From Octopus bimaculoides (lineage: Eukaryota): a stretch of DNA of 39,388 nucleotides. Both the position numbers and the translations under genes were made by a program. The DNA is taken from contig NC_068988.1 of NCBI RefSeq assembly GCF_001194135.2, positions 68,669,881-68,709,268 of the forward strand. Direction: 5' to 3'. The first letter of the stretch is position 1. Every line of letters starts with the position of its first letter. The notes beneath the pieces are model-generated. The model had not been told where the DNA came from, did not search any database, and saw only the letters and a list, made by a program, of their open reading frames with translations. Shown here piece after piece: positions 1 through 12,052 of the stretch.

Positions 1-539
1 TATATATATATATATATATATATATCCTATGCATTTATATTATAGATGCTTTCTATAGCCACTGCGGTCTTATATTTCTGTCTTTTGTAGATATTCTAAA
101 GTTCAGAATAAGTTCGAGATATAAAGCATATATGATATACAAGTTTGAATTTTGATTCAATATTATAAAACCTATATTTTACTCTGAACAACGAGTAGGA
201 ATTTGACGTAATAATATTTCTGCGAGAAAACAAACAATAAGATTTCAAAATGATGTAATGAGATCATTCGCGTTACAAAAGTAATGGGTTCCTGAAAAAT
301 CTAGCTGTAACATGAAATCCAGTAACGAAAAATTAGTTTTTCCATTGATTTTTATATTATAAGGCGAGAATGAGTTTGGACGAAAGAACAAAAGCTAAGC
401 AAGCAACATGATCGGCTTTCTGTGCGAAATCAATTTCCAAGAATGTGTTATATAAAAAAATTTGAAGGGGAATACATTAAGAAATAAATATGAATCATAT
501 CACAAAGGATGCGTAAGGGGATGGTGATGGAATGAGAGT

Positions 540-1530
540 TACTGAGAGGGTGAGAGACACTCTTCTCCATCTTATAGTTTATCGTCATCAACATCTACTT
601 GATGGGACGAATAACATCAAAAATTGGTAATATTTATAAAACACCATCTCTTATTATTTACAACTTAGTGCGGGAACGGAAGTCATTGTAAACTGTTCAC
701 TGAATTTTTGTTACACTCGTACTTAGGGTTGTTACCAGCCAAAAAAAGACCTTTCCCTATATGTGCCAATACTTTAGTAATATTCTCTGCAATCATTTTA
801 AAAGGGAGTTGGAGGAATTTCCGCATTCTCATTTGTATTTTCAGCTTGCTCTCATTCTAATAGCCTCATCTTCTCGATAAACTTTCTATATGGTAATCGA
901 AGAACTCAACTTTGTTATTTTCTACGGCTTCTTCAAACACTACCTCATTTACGAATGTCAATATTTTCCCCAGTTTGATGCGGGCTTTCTGCTAGTAGAA
1001 TGCTCATAATGTCACAGATGCAGGCTTGACATATACCTTTCCAAGCACCATAATATGATGACAGTTTCACTTCATCCCATGACTGTGTTTTTATCAACAG
1101 CATCCAATACGCTGAACTTCTTCCAGACTGACTGTAGGTTCATTCATCCTGTCGGCTGCTTTCATAAGTTGTTTGAAAGTTCTCAGATAAGTCATTGTGT
1201 TGAAAGAAGTAATACATCGTGCCGGAAATATATCAAGCACTGTTATTTTATACCGCAAGACAAGGGTGGGTGGAAAAGAGACTTTTCAACGAGTGTAATC
1301 CGAAAATGCTGTTGACTGTCTTTGACCTCTTATTTGAATGCTAAATCGGAGGTAAAGTACACTTTGCATAAACGTTGAAAACCTCTGGCTTTTGTGGTGA
1401 TACACAAGTAAGGGCTTTAATTCCGTATTACTGGCAGCATTTCATCCCAGAAGACGTGTTCTGGTGTTCATCTGTAATTGCATTTCATTGCATTTCTCCA
1501 TTTTGCACCCCTCTTCAGTAATCTAAATGT
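540..1530 (-). mobile_element. Decayed Tigger/pogo-like DNA transposon, C-terminal part of DDE transposase (pseudogene)
   Basis: Manual minus-strand translation with stops and frameshifts gives RTRLLG*NAASNTELKPLLVYH, YLRTFKQLMKAADRMNEPTV, WKKFSVLDAVDK and DEVKLSSYYGAWK. These match the remembered Tigger pattern (RLTLLLGGNA.GD.KLKPLLVYH ... YYLRRTF ... W..V...T...AWK). TIRs were not located and boundaries are approximate. Confidence 0.8.
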
Positions 1531-2099
1531 TTATAAATGGCATTTTCTAGAAATAATTTCACATATTTATATTTATTTAATAACTCCGATGTGATTCCAA
1601 TCAATCTTCCTACACTTCACAATAAATGCGGAGTTGATATTTCTGTCGCAAATCAAACAATTAATTTCAAACGTCATCGTCACAAGTACTGAATGTTTAT
1701 ATTTATATAACAATTACTACCGTAACTTTCTCACCAACTATTCTGATTCTCCACTACACTTCTGAAGTACAAATAAATCTGGTTATACAAACGGAAAGCA
1801 AATGCATTGTCGTTTAGCCATTATCTCCGTAAATTGATATAGCTTTTGTATTGAATAGCTACAGAAGATATATAGAAGATATACGTATTGCTATATAAAA
1901 CTCACGTATGGTGTTTGCAATACAAATCTGTCTGAGATGTTTATTCAACCCATACTATCAATGATTGGAATTTCCACTAACTTTGTTGCAACAGTAACTG
2001 TTAGTCAAAGAGTCTACGAACTGATATTCTCGAACTTACTTCATTAAGTATTTTACTGATATTTATTTAGATTACGCTTTTCCAATTATTATAATCATT

Positions 2100-3260
2100 A
2101 TAATAATAATTGTTGTCGTTGTTAGCAAGGATGTTTCCTTGAGGTTTGGTGACAACATATGTCTTCAAGTTTCAAGAATGATTCTTAGAATTTTTTCAAA
2201 ATATAGAATTGCACTTTCCTGAAGATTGACAATGTTTCGATTCCAAAATTCCTGAGTCTCTTAAGCAACAGTCTGGGTTTCGTGCCAAGGGAAACAAATG
2301 CCACAGGAACAATTATCCCCTTTGTTTGCTACAATTTCTTCATCTCTCTTTCTAGGTCATGATAATTTTTTTTTAGTTGTTTTCGATTTCTTTGATATTC
2401 ACACTTTCATTGTATAGAATTGCAAAATTTATATTCTTAAATATTTGTTTTATCCTCTACAGTATCTATAGTATAGTCAGTCTTTATGCAGAGTTCCCAG
2501 AAAATCCTTTAGTTATCATTCCACACCAAAGTTTCTGGCTTGTGTTCATGTAATTTTGCTGCCACTTGAATCTCAAAATCGACTACCCTAAGGCCTTTTT
2601 TCACCGCCACGGTCTTTCTCTTTATTAAGTTCGTTCTAATACTTTGTTCCTGAACATTTAATAATTAGAAGTTCAATTTCTTGTTTCAGGTTTCGACCGT
2701 TTCACACGAGAAGCGTTCTCTATTTCCAGTACCTTCTGTTTGTTGCATTAATTGGTCATGTAATTCTTACTCTTTCATACAATTTGTCCTGTCATCCTTC
2801 CTTCTGATCTTTAATTCTCTTACATTTTCAGTGACGTTTGGATATTTTGGGCCACAGTGAGTATTCTTTCTTCACAACACCCAATAGGTTTTCAAAGACA
2901 ATATTGCAGTAATCATTGGTTTACCAAGTCATTACCACCGTCTCTTCTTAGAAGAAAGAGCATGTGTGGTGTTCATTTTGCATGGGAATCACATTCTCAT
3001 GTCTTGTATTTAATTCCTGTAGTTCTATCATTGTCTACTTTAGAAATAAGAGCAGAATATATCAATACTAAAACGGCACATGTATTGATTGCCTTGATAA
3101 CACAACCTCATTTCTCTTTCCATTACTTTATCACCCTACTAAATTCAAGCAAGGAGAAGGGAGATAATCTTTCCTTACTGTAAACATTTATATAAGGATT
3201 TTATTTTCAGGTAAGACCTCTTCTAAGCATTTTGTGCAAGCGGCCACAATACAAATTTCC
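2100..3260 (-). mobile_element. Decayed 3' end of an R4/Dong-clade non-LTR retrotransposon with restriction-like endonuclease tail
   Basis: Minus-strand translation near 2180-2380 reads KNYHDLEREMKKL*QTKGIIVPVAFVSLGTKPRLLLKRLRNFGIETLSIFRKVQFYILKKILRIILET*. This matches the R4-type C-terminus (KY.DL..E..RLW....VPVV.G.LG ... ILR.VL). Upstream remnants fit the same ORF. The 3' end runs into a TAA/CAA-type trinucleotide tract at about 2090-2125. Confidence 0.75.
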
Positions 3261-4551
3261 TAAAGTAAGAGACATTTCCACATGTTTTCTCTACTCATAT
3301 AGTCTAGATTCGTGTCATTCTTAACCAGTCAATATTTAAATAAAGGAAACCTATTGTGTTTATGGAACTTCAGTTGCTGCCAGCACAATGGATAGGAATA
3401 GAGTTCAGTGTTAAATGACAGAAACAATCAGTAACAAGAAACAGCACATGATGTTTGTTTGTTGACAGCGATGTGTTTGTATCAAACTGAATTGTAGACA
3501 CATACGGACGTTTGACTACTTCTCATGCATTCGTCATTTTCACATTCTCTAAACTTTCTAGGCATGATATAATTAGAAACGGTAACACCAATTCCTGGAA
3601 TAGATTGAATATAATTAAAGACTTTAGAATGGAAACCCAATGAAGATAGGTTTAAAATATACTGGTCATGGAGGAGAGAATATCTAAATTACAAACTAGA
3701 TCTCGCACAACTAAGCTGATTGATAATCAAGAACATTTACGTAATTCTATATATGTTGAGCAAGGTCTAATTATTACAACACAAACTGTGCCAATGATCT
3801 GGCATCTTACCTTATTACTTCTAGGATCCTTGAAACCCTCTGATGAACCCTTGCTCCAATTAAGTGTGTTTTCTTTAAATTCTTCCATCTATTTATCGAT
3901 CTTCTACCAATATTTCAAACTGAAAATTATTTTGACCTAACCAACGTATTAGGCTTAATATGATTAGCGCTCCATCAATTCAAATAAAATGAAAAGATTC
4001 TCACTTTAACGATATACTTGAAACCTTGCGCAGTATGCTGCAGTTCCGTATACTATCTTAAACAACAATACGTTGATTTATTATCTACAAGTGAATTGTA
4101 TGTAGTAGTTATTTAGTATTATACCGGCAATGGGTGAAGAAATGTTGACTCATTTCGTTAGAAGGCTGACATCTTAATAACTCCAGCGACTTGCAACACT
4201 CAACCAAGACTTATTGCTACTTATTGTCAGAGAGTAATATGTTCTGTAGAAGAGTGGAACTATAAAGTTTACAGAGGAGAAGTGCCGTAGGTAAGCATTG
4301 CTATCGTAAGTATTTGGCCAAGATCTGCTAAATATATTGACTCATTTCTCTAAACAAAAGAAATGGATGTTTTCAAATAATCTACGGTTCTTTATTGAAA
4401 ATAAAGTGCGGCAATATTACCCTAAAGGCAGCAACTTATGAGGGAAAAGCAGCACTTTCATTACATTATTAGATAGATAATTGCAGACAAGGTTATTAAC
4501 TTATTTTGGCAAAACTGAATAAATAAAACGAATTATGTTAAAACTACATTG

Positions 4552-4595
<44 letters not shown>

Positions 4596-5063
4596 NNNNN
4601 NNNNNNNNNNNNNNNNNNNNNNNNNNNNNNNNNNNNNNNNNNNNNNNNNNNNNNNNNNNNNNNNNNNNNNNNNNNNNNNNNNNNNNNNNNNNNNNNNNNN
4701 NNNNNNNNNNNNNNNNNNNNNNNNNNNNNNNNNNNNNNNNNNNNNNNNNNNNNNNNNNNNNNNNNNNNNNNNNNNNNNNNNNNNNNNNNNNNNNNNNNNN
4801 NNNNNNNNNNNNNNNNNNNNNNNNNNNNNNNNNNNNNNNNNNNNNNNNNNNNNNNNNNNNNNNNNNNNNNNNNNNNNNNNNNNNNNNNNNNNNNNNNNNN
4901 NNNNNNNNNNNNNNNNNNNNNNNNNNNNNNNNNNNNNNNNNNNNNNNNNNNNNNNNNNNNNNNNNNNNNNNNNNNNNNNNNNNNNNNNNNNNNNNNNNNN
5001 NNNNNNNNNNNNNNNNNNNNNNNNNNNNNNNNNNNNNNNNNNNNNNNNNNNNNNNNNNNNNNN
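4596..5063. other. Assembly gap (one of 11). Others: 8361-9085, 14100-14677, 15187-15412, 20756-20836, 23414-23746, 24788-24829, 30288-31042, 35189-35198, 35995-36193, 37954-37997
   Basis: Runs of N, each bordered on at least one side by a (TA)n, (TG)n or G tract. Confidence 1.
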
Positions 5064-8000
5064 ATATGCATGTATACATATAAATGTGTGTGCTTATGTG
5101 TATATGTAAAATAAACAGTGGAATCGATAAATGAGAGAACACAAAATTTTAGGCTAAAATACTGCAACACAAATTTACTTATCTACTTTAATATCCAAAG
5201 GTGAATTTCTGTTTTTTTTTTTTTTCATACATAACGTTAAAGATTAAAATAGATGAATAAATACGATAGAATGAAATCGTACATTGTGGTAATCAATAAA
5301 ACACTTGACTTTAGGATATTTTTAATAATCATTTGTTATTATGTCTAGACTAAACAGGACAATGTTATTATTTATTATCATTATTATTATCATTGTCATC
5401 ATCACCATCCACATGGATATTTTTATTGTTCGCTATGAACAGTAATGTTTCCGAGAGTTCCACGTGCAAGATATATTTTATCAAGATTACCTTACAAAAG
5501 TCTTTTTAAACTACTATAATTCTTAAAATAATTTGAAAGACCAAATGCTTCTATTCAGGCATTTAAATAATGTTTAACATTATTGGAAAACTGTTATTTG
5601 CAACATTCATATGCATTACAAAATGGTGACCACAGTAATTGTAGAAAGTGTTTGTTGCAATACTGTTGGTTACATTTATGTAAACAACCTCTCTTCACCC
5701 AGGAACAAACAAAAACTGAATCAAGAAAACAGACTTGTGCAATAATAGATATAAATGATAGTGTAGAAATGTTGAACGAATGGTAAAATCTAAACAATCG
5801 AAACAGCAATGAATATACCAACAATAGAAGTATATCTACAAATATTTTTGGGTCATAAACAACTATTCGAATCAAGTCCAAAAAAGACAAAAGAGAAACT
5901 AACCGACCACATAGGTTTGATTTATCCATGAACGATAAGGAATATAACCACGTAGTACAGTTTTAAATAAAATAATAAAGGAGAGGGCTGATCAAAAGAT
6001 GTGTTACTGGAGGCTCTTGCCAATGATAATGTTATGGATATTCCTCTTGGTTTCTCATCAACTTTACGCTATAGAACAAAAAAGTGTCGAATGAACATAG
6101 CCGCAACCACATGCGATCACGTTAGGTCTGCACGAACCTCCGACTCCTGATGACCCTACCACATCCTAACCTGTAGCTTTACCCCATAGAGGTAGCAGAG
6201 AGGAAGAGTACCAGACTGATGGGGTAGTGCAGACGACCTATTTAATATATGTGACAGTAAAGGATACTTGAGGAATGCCAGGAAATAAAGATAAAAGGAA
6301 GAAGTTACAAAGATAGTGGAACACCAACAGGCATCAGACGTTATGACTATGGCCGCCACTGTCACGATTTCTAGAGCACCATCGGTCGACGCTTCAAGAA
6401 TAGACAAATAGGAGAGGAAAACAAAGTTACCTCATTCTTAGTCTTATCCGTAATCACCTGAAGTCGATGACGACCGAAAAACCGAGAGGTCTGCTCCAGC
6501 AAACCAGAAAAGCCAGCGGCTATAGACAAATAGAAATATGGGAGTTTGAAAGAAGTTTTCTAGGACATTACAAAAGAAAAACAGCGGAAAAGGGCAATTT
6601 ATTAACTGGATGACCTTTCTGAAGAGATGCCTGCTTCCTCTACAGTGTAGCTGAACATAATGGCAGTATGAAAAAGTAAGTCTAACAAACTGGATTTAAT
6701 GCTGTTGATTATTTTAAGAGAGGAGGAACTGACTGCTGATGAGAACGCATACTTAGATCACAGATGATTGACAAATGCAACATCAGTAATCTCAAAACAT
6801 CTGAGAAATGAAAGCCCAAGTGAATTAGAAAGATTCAGAGCCCCGCTAAGACCTAAAATGCCTATGGTCAATTTTAGAGTAGTCAGTTTTCAGAAGATGG
6901 CCTACTGTACTATATATTTTAGTTTCTTCTCAGGTGATGGTTTTCAAATGTGTTTTGAATCGTTCCTGCTTATATATTTTATCTTCGAATGAAATGCAAT
7001 TCACTGACCTTCTCAAATCTCGCAATATTCAAATACAAGGCGCTTCTGTCGAGAACCGGTTGTGTCTGAACAAACAGGAAAGATCGGCAAAAGTAATCCA
7101 TGTGTAGTTACATACTTTTCAGTATTTTATTTCTGATTAATATTACGTTATAAGTCAATCCACCGCAAGACGTCGGTTCTTATCTGCCCTCTGTGCAAAT
7201 AATACCTTGCAGAGAAACAATTAGAAAGTTTATCCAAAGAAAATAGTAAATAAGGGCAGTAGCTGCCTTTAACATCGCAAGCTGTCTTTTAACTTTTGTA
7301 TTCATAATTTAATTCATAATTTTATTCCAGTCTGTATCATTTTTGAGGAATATTTACAAGTTAGAATCAAGTTTATGAAGAGAGTACTACTAGAGTATCT
7401 TCAGCTATATAACCCCTAGAATTCTTCCCAAAATCTTGCTCTACACCAGATTTTTGCTCAAATTTCGTTTCTGTTAGAATTGTCAATGTACTTATTTTCT
7501 TCAGATTTCGAAATTTAGTTCTAATATAAATTTGTGAGTTGAAATATCATTTTAAATAATCCAATCTTAATTCTTTCCGCTTAATTCTTTCCGCGGTGTA
7601 TACTTGAAGATATTTAATGTTACCACTTGTTTCTCACATGAAGATGGTCACTCAGGCGAATTCTTCTTCCATAAACTTGGAGTAAGCTTTCTGTATTTTA
7701 GATTTTTAGACTTCTTAGTACTTTCCATTTAGTATTGTGATACGATTTTTAATCTTAATATATATACATAGCCTAATGTATATGTAGTTTTTAAATTCGT
7801 CAGTATAAATAAATTATGACCGACCATTCACATTTCGATAATTTCTCAGAAATAACCGCAGAGTGAAAAAATATATATATTTGACGTCATTAGCTTATCT
7901 ACCACCTATTCACATCTTTGGAAAATGACAAACACGTCCGATGAATAAAAAAAAAACAATAGTGATTTATGCATTAAAACATTAAAATGAGTAGCAAAAT

Positions 8001-9085
8001 TTTGGTATGTGCGGTACAAATACAAAGACTGCATAGCTAAACAACTCACAATTTAAATTGAACGTCTATCCAAATGTAAACTTTTTTTTTTAATATTTGA
8101 GCGCCATCAACAAGTTGTCGGTTTAACTGCCACACATTTTTTAAAATGTACCATAGGAAGTCCACGATACTTTGAATTTTTGTATATATCAATGTGTGCA
8201 TTGTTGTTTACCAATATCAATATGCAGGCACAATTATGTTCATATATATGTGTGTGAGTATGTGCGTGTATGTGTGGCTGTACGTATACATATTTATATG
8301 TATATACACACATATATATATGTATATATGCATATATATATATGTATATATATATATATANNNNNNNNNNNNNNNNNNNNNNNNNNNNNNNNNNNNNNNN
8401 NNNNNNNNNNNNNNNNNNNNNNNNNNNNNNNNNNNNNNNNNNNNNNNNNNNNNNNNNNNNNNNNNNNNNNNNNNNNNNNNNNNNNNNNNNNNNNNNNNNN
8501 NNNNNNNNNNNNNNNNNNNNNNNNNNNNNNNNNNNNNNNNNNNNNNNNNNNNNNNNNNNNNNNNNNNNNNNNNNNNNNNNNNNNNNNNNNNNNNNNNNNN
8601 NNNNNNNNNNNNNNNNNNNNNNNNNNNNNNNNNNNNNNNNNNNNNNNNNNNNNNNNNNNNNNNNNNNNNNNNNNNNNNNNNNNNNNNNNNNNNNNNNNNN
8701 NNNNNNNNNNNNNNNNNNNNNNNNNNNNNNNNNNNNNNNNNNNNNNNNNNNNNNNNNNNNNNNNNNNNNNNNNNNNNNNNNNNNNNNNNNNNNNNNNNNN
8801 NNNNNNNNNNNNNNNNNNNNNNNNNNNNNNNNNNNNNNNNNNNNNNNNNNNNNNNNNNNNNNNNNNNNNNNNNNNNNNNNNNNNNNNNNNNNNNNNNNNN
8901 NNNNNNNNNNNNNNNNNNNNNNNNNNNNNNNNNNNNNNNNNNNNNNNNNNNNNNNNNNNNNNNNNNNNNNNNNNNNNNNNNNNNNNNNNNNNNNNNNNNN
9001 NNNNNNNNNNNNNNNNNNNNNNNNNNNNNNNNNNNNNNNNNNNNNNNNNNNNNNNNNNNNNNNNNNNNNNNNNNNNNNNNNNNNN

Positions 9086-9129
<44 letters not shown>

Positions 9130-9542
9130 ATATATATGTATTATTGAGAAGACATGTGATGTATTACACAATATTTCTGGATACTTTCTGCTGAAAAGAC
9201 TCCAAGACATCCTGTCAGTAAAAAGTGGGAAATACAACGTTGGAAATAACAGAAAAAAAAGAAGAAAAGATGACAAAGTGACTGAAAAAAGACATATGCC
9301 AACTTTGTAAGGAGTGAAATGACATATTTCATTATATAACGCCACTTAGGAAAGCATTAGTTACATATATTCTTCTATTCACCTTTTATTTTTATCTATG
9401 ACGGGTAACTCATAACACAAATATGAATGTTGAAACGCACGTGTGTAAATGTATGAGCGTGTGTTGTGTACACACACAGAAAGAGAGAGTGAGAGAGAAA
9501 GAGAAAGAGGGAGAAGAGAGAAAATAAAGAGAATGTAGAGAT

Positions 9543-9545
<3 letters not shown>

Positions 9546-9605
<60 letters not shown>

Positions 9606-9910
9606 GTGTGCGTGTATATAACAAGTGGTGCTTTACGGACTCACGTATGTATGTATGTAGGAAGCTATCTAGCAGTGCGCATTTAGTGAGCGGAGAATAG
9701 CAGTTGCTTCCATTTATCGATCTCCAAGACTTTGAAACGATGATTTTTTTTTACAAATATTCATCCATTCAAAAAATATAATATAGATAACTTTAGATAT
9801 AAATAAATAAGTGGCTATGTATGTATGTATGCATGTATGTATGCATGTATGTATGTATGTATGTAGAGAGAGAGAGAGAAATAGAGAGGCTTAGAGAGAG
9901 ACAGACAATC

Positions 9911-9971
<61 letters not shown>

Positions 9972-9975
9972 CAGA
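9546..9975. repeat. Microsatellite cluster: (TA)n, (ATGT)n, (AG)n, (GATA)n
   Basis: Read directly at 9546-9603, 9817-9863, 9864-9900 and 9912-9970. Confidence 0.95.
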
Positions 9976-10292
9976 CAGGCAAATAGATAGACTATATATT
10001 GGGCTTGCGATGAGCATGCTTTCGAAATATTCTTGTGGATAATTTCAGTTTATTGATTATTTTTCTACTTCATGTTTTCATTGATGATGCGCTTTGATTT
10101 TGAGATTGAATAGAAAGAACAGATGTACCACCACATATACACACAAGCCATACCACCCGAAGGTACACACACGCATGCGCGCGCACATAGTGGCAGTTTA
10201 ACTACGTAGTGTATACGTAACTCAATTGTTGCAATAAGCCATTAACAGGTAACTGGATAAATGCGATCACTCTTTGACCAAAAGTTTAATTA

Positions 10293-10650
10293 TCAATATT
10301 TCCTTTAAGTTATGTAAGTATGCACATGCGCATTCATGTTATGAAATAAGTATGCAAATAAAACCAAAGAGTTTGAAGAAAGCTAACTTATATAAGTTTG
10401 CTTTCCAACCACGTGTTTCTGGGTTCAGTCCCACTGCGTAGCATCTTCGGCAAGTATCTTCTATTTTAGCCTCAATATTTCCTTTAAGTTATGTAAGTAT
10501 GCACATGCGCATTCATGTTGTGAAATAAATATGCAAATAAAACCAAAGAGTTTGAAGAAAGCTAACTTATATAAGTTTGCTTTCCAACCACGTGTTTCTT
10601 CGTTCAGTCCCACTGCGTAGCATCTTCGGCAAGTATCTTCTATTTTAGCC
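10293..10650. repeat. Near-perfect tandem duplication, 2 x 179 bp
   Basis: Units 10293-10471 and 10472-10650 both run tcaatatttcctttaagttatg...cttctattttagcc, with only about 4 substitutions. Confidence 0.95.
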
Positions 10651-10722
10651 TCGGGCCGACCAAAATTTTGTGGATTTCGTAGACAGAAACTTAAAAGAAG
10701 CCTGTCATATATATATGTATAT
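10565..10722 (+). mobile_element. 5' half of a tRNA-derived SINE (same family as 36206-36594); its head is also duplicated at about 10386-10471
   Basis: gctttccaaccacgtg...gttcagtcccactgcgtagcatcttcggcaagtatcttcta...gcctcgggccgaccaaa...gtggatt...gacagaaac..aaagaagcc aligns by eye to the reverse complement of 36430-36590. It ends in a TA/TG microsatellite. Confidence 0.8.
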
Positions 10723-10897
10723 GCTTTCGGTGCGAATGGTTTTGTTATACAGTACTGTATTGTACAATCCTGTAAATAATAATAATAATGGTATTTTTAT
10801 ATAAGCTTAAAGCTTATGGCGATCACCGTGCAATGACTAAGGAAAATAGTCTAATAAAGGGGCATAGAAGCCCTCGACAGAAGAAAGAAGGCTTTCC

Positions 10898-10969
10898 TAT
10901 CCGCGTGGGACTCGAACCCACAACCTCTTGTTAACGCGACTAAGTATGCTACCTTTATACCAGCGAATT
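10898..10969 (-). pseudogene. 72-nt tRNA-like sequence (GTT at the anticodon position, Asn-like); probable pseudogene or SINE head
   Basis: The reverse complement parses as AATTCGC TG GTAT AAAGGTAGC ATAC T TAGTC GCGTTAA CAAGA GGTT GTGGG TTCGAGT CCCAC GCGGATA. The T-arm and D-stem pair perfectly and the acceptor stem pairs at 6/7. The anticodon stem is mostly mismatched. Confidence 0.7.
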
Positions 10970-11202
10970 AGTCTCCCTCCTTCTATCAAATTTAGGAACT
11001 GTATTAGTTGGTATTTTTTTATGTAAGCAAACTTTCTATATATACTTTCGGTGCGATGGTTTTGTTATACGGTACCGTATTTTACAATCCAGTAAATAAT
11101 AATAATAATGGTATTTTTAATTAAGCTTAAAGCTTATGGCGATCACCATGCAACGACAACGGAGTATAGTCTAATAACGGGACAGAAAAAAGAAGGCTTT
11201 CC

Positions 11203-11274
11203 TATCAGCGTGGGACTCGAACCCACATCCCTTTGTTAACGTGACTAAGTGTGTTACCTTTACCCCAGCGAATT
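11203..11274 (-). pseudogene. Second 72-nt tRNA-like copy
   Basis: Reverse complement AATTCGC TG GGGT AAAGGTAAC ACAC T TAGTC ACGTTAA CAAAG GGAT GTGGG TTCGAGT CCCAC GCTGATA. The T-arm/B-box is intact; the other stems are more degraded than in copy 1. Confidence 0.65.
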
Positions 11275-11409
11275 AACCTCCCTCCTTTTGTGTCAATTTG
11301 AAGACAACATAATTAAGGATAACATCATTAAAAATTTTATGATTTTTATCAGTGGCCAGCATATAATAAAATACCATAGGTAATAACTATCTATCTATCT
11401 CCCCCCCCC

Positions 11410-11630
11410 ATACGCGTATGTGTCCCATCATCATTTGACAACCGGTGCTGATATATTTACGTCACCGTAATTTAGTGGATTGGCAAGTAGAAGAAGTACC
11501 AGGACTAAATAAATAAGTACTGAAGACGATCGATCTGTTTGGCTAATAATTCTTCAAGGCTAATAATTCTTCGGCTAATAATTCTTCATGACCATTGTCT
11601 AATCACCGGAACAAATGAAAGATGGAAAAA
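11410..11630 (+). mobile_element. 3' half of the same SINE family (decayed), containing three copies of a 15-mer
   Basis: tgtgtcccatcatcatttgacaaccggtgctg...tttacgtcaccgtaatttag...agtaccagg...aataagtac aligns to the reverse complement of 36240-36400. GGCTAATAATTCTTC occurs at 11541, 11558 and 11573. Confidence 0.7.
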
Positions 11631-11833
11631 ATTTATAGAATATTGTTAACAATCAATTCACTCAAATTTAGGATTCAGATAATCAAGACGTTTATCTAAA
11701 ATAAAACCGCGTGTAGCAGTTCTAATTGTGTCCTTTTCATCTCATAGGAACATTTTCGAAATTATCTGTACTTTTCACGTGTTTCTAGTTATTTATTGAT
11801 TCAGGGAGAATATTTCATATCACTGGGAGAGAT

Positions 11834-12052
11834 AAGGTGGCGAGCTGGCAGGATCAATACCGTACCGGACAAAATGTTTAACGGCATTATTTCCGGCTCT
11901 GTACGTTCTGATTTCAAATTACGTCGAAGTCGATTTACCTCTCATTCTTTCTGGATCGATAAAATTGTTACCTTTTGAGCACTGCAGTCGTCATAATCGA
12001 CCAGCTCCCAACCACAACCTAGAATTGCTGGCCTTGTGCCAAAATTTTAAAC
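11834..12052 (+). mobile_element. tRNA-derived SINE, second family (older copy)
   Basis: aaggtggcgagctggcag...gatttcaaatt..gtcgatttacctctcattctttctggatcgataaaat...gctggccttgtgccaaaa is colinear with 12853-13069. Confidence 0.8.

Larger units (their letters stand above)
10724..11300. repeat. Two diverged tandem units (period 321 bp), each containing a tRNA-like sequence and an (AAT)n tract
   Basis: ctttcggtgcga starts at 10724 and 11045. The units share ggttttgttatac, aataataataataatggtatttt, aagcttaaagcttatggcgatcacc, gaaggctttcctatc and gcgtgggactcgaacccaca. Confidence 0.9.

Noticed and set aside
4501-5170. Long overlapping ORFs in the track here, and at 8107-9345, 13997-14737, 15143-15606, 23178-23931, 30171-31159 and 35897-36305
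   Set aside because: They are open only because they cross N-gaps and TA/TG microsatellites (YIYI, CVCV, THTH peptides).
6000-6930. GC-elevated segment that looks like decayed coding or retroelement sequence
   Set aside because: Frames are frequently interrupted and I recognised no motif; it cannot be assigned without a database search.
10898-11274. Functional tRNA-Asn genes
   Set aside because: The anticodon stems do not pair (for example TAGTC/CAAGA) and the two copies differ in the stems; treated as tRNA-like pseudogenes.
11541-11587. Three copies of GGCTAATAATTCTTC as a CRISPR-like array
   Set aside because: The spacers are 0-2 nt, the context is eukaryotic and there are no cas genes. 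It is a slippage micro-duplication inside a SINE.
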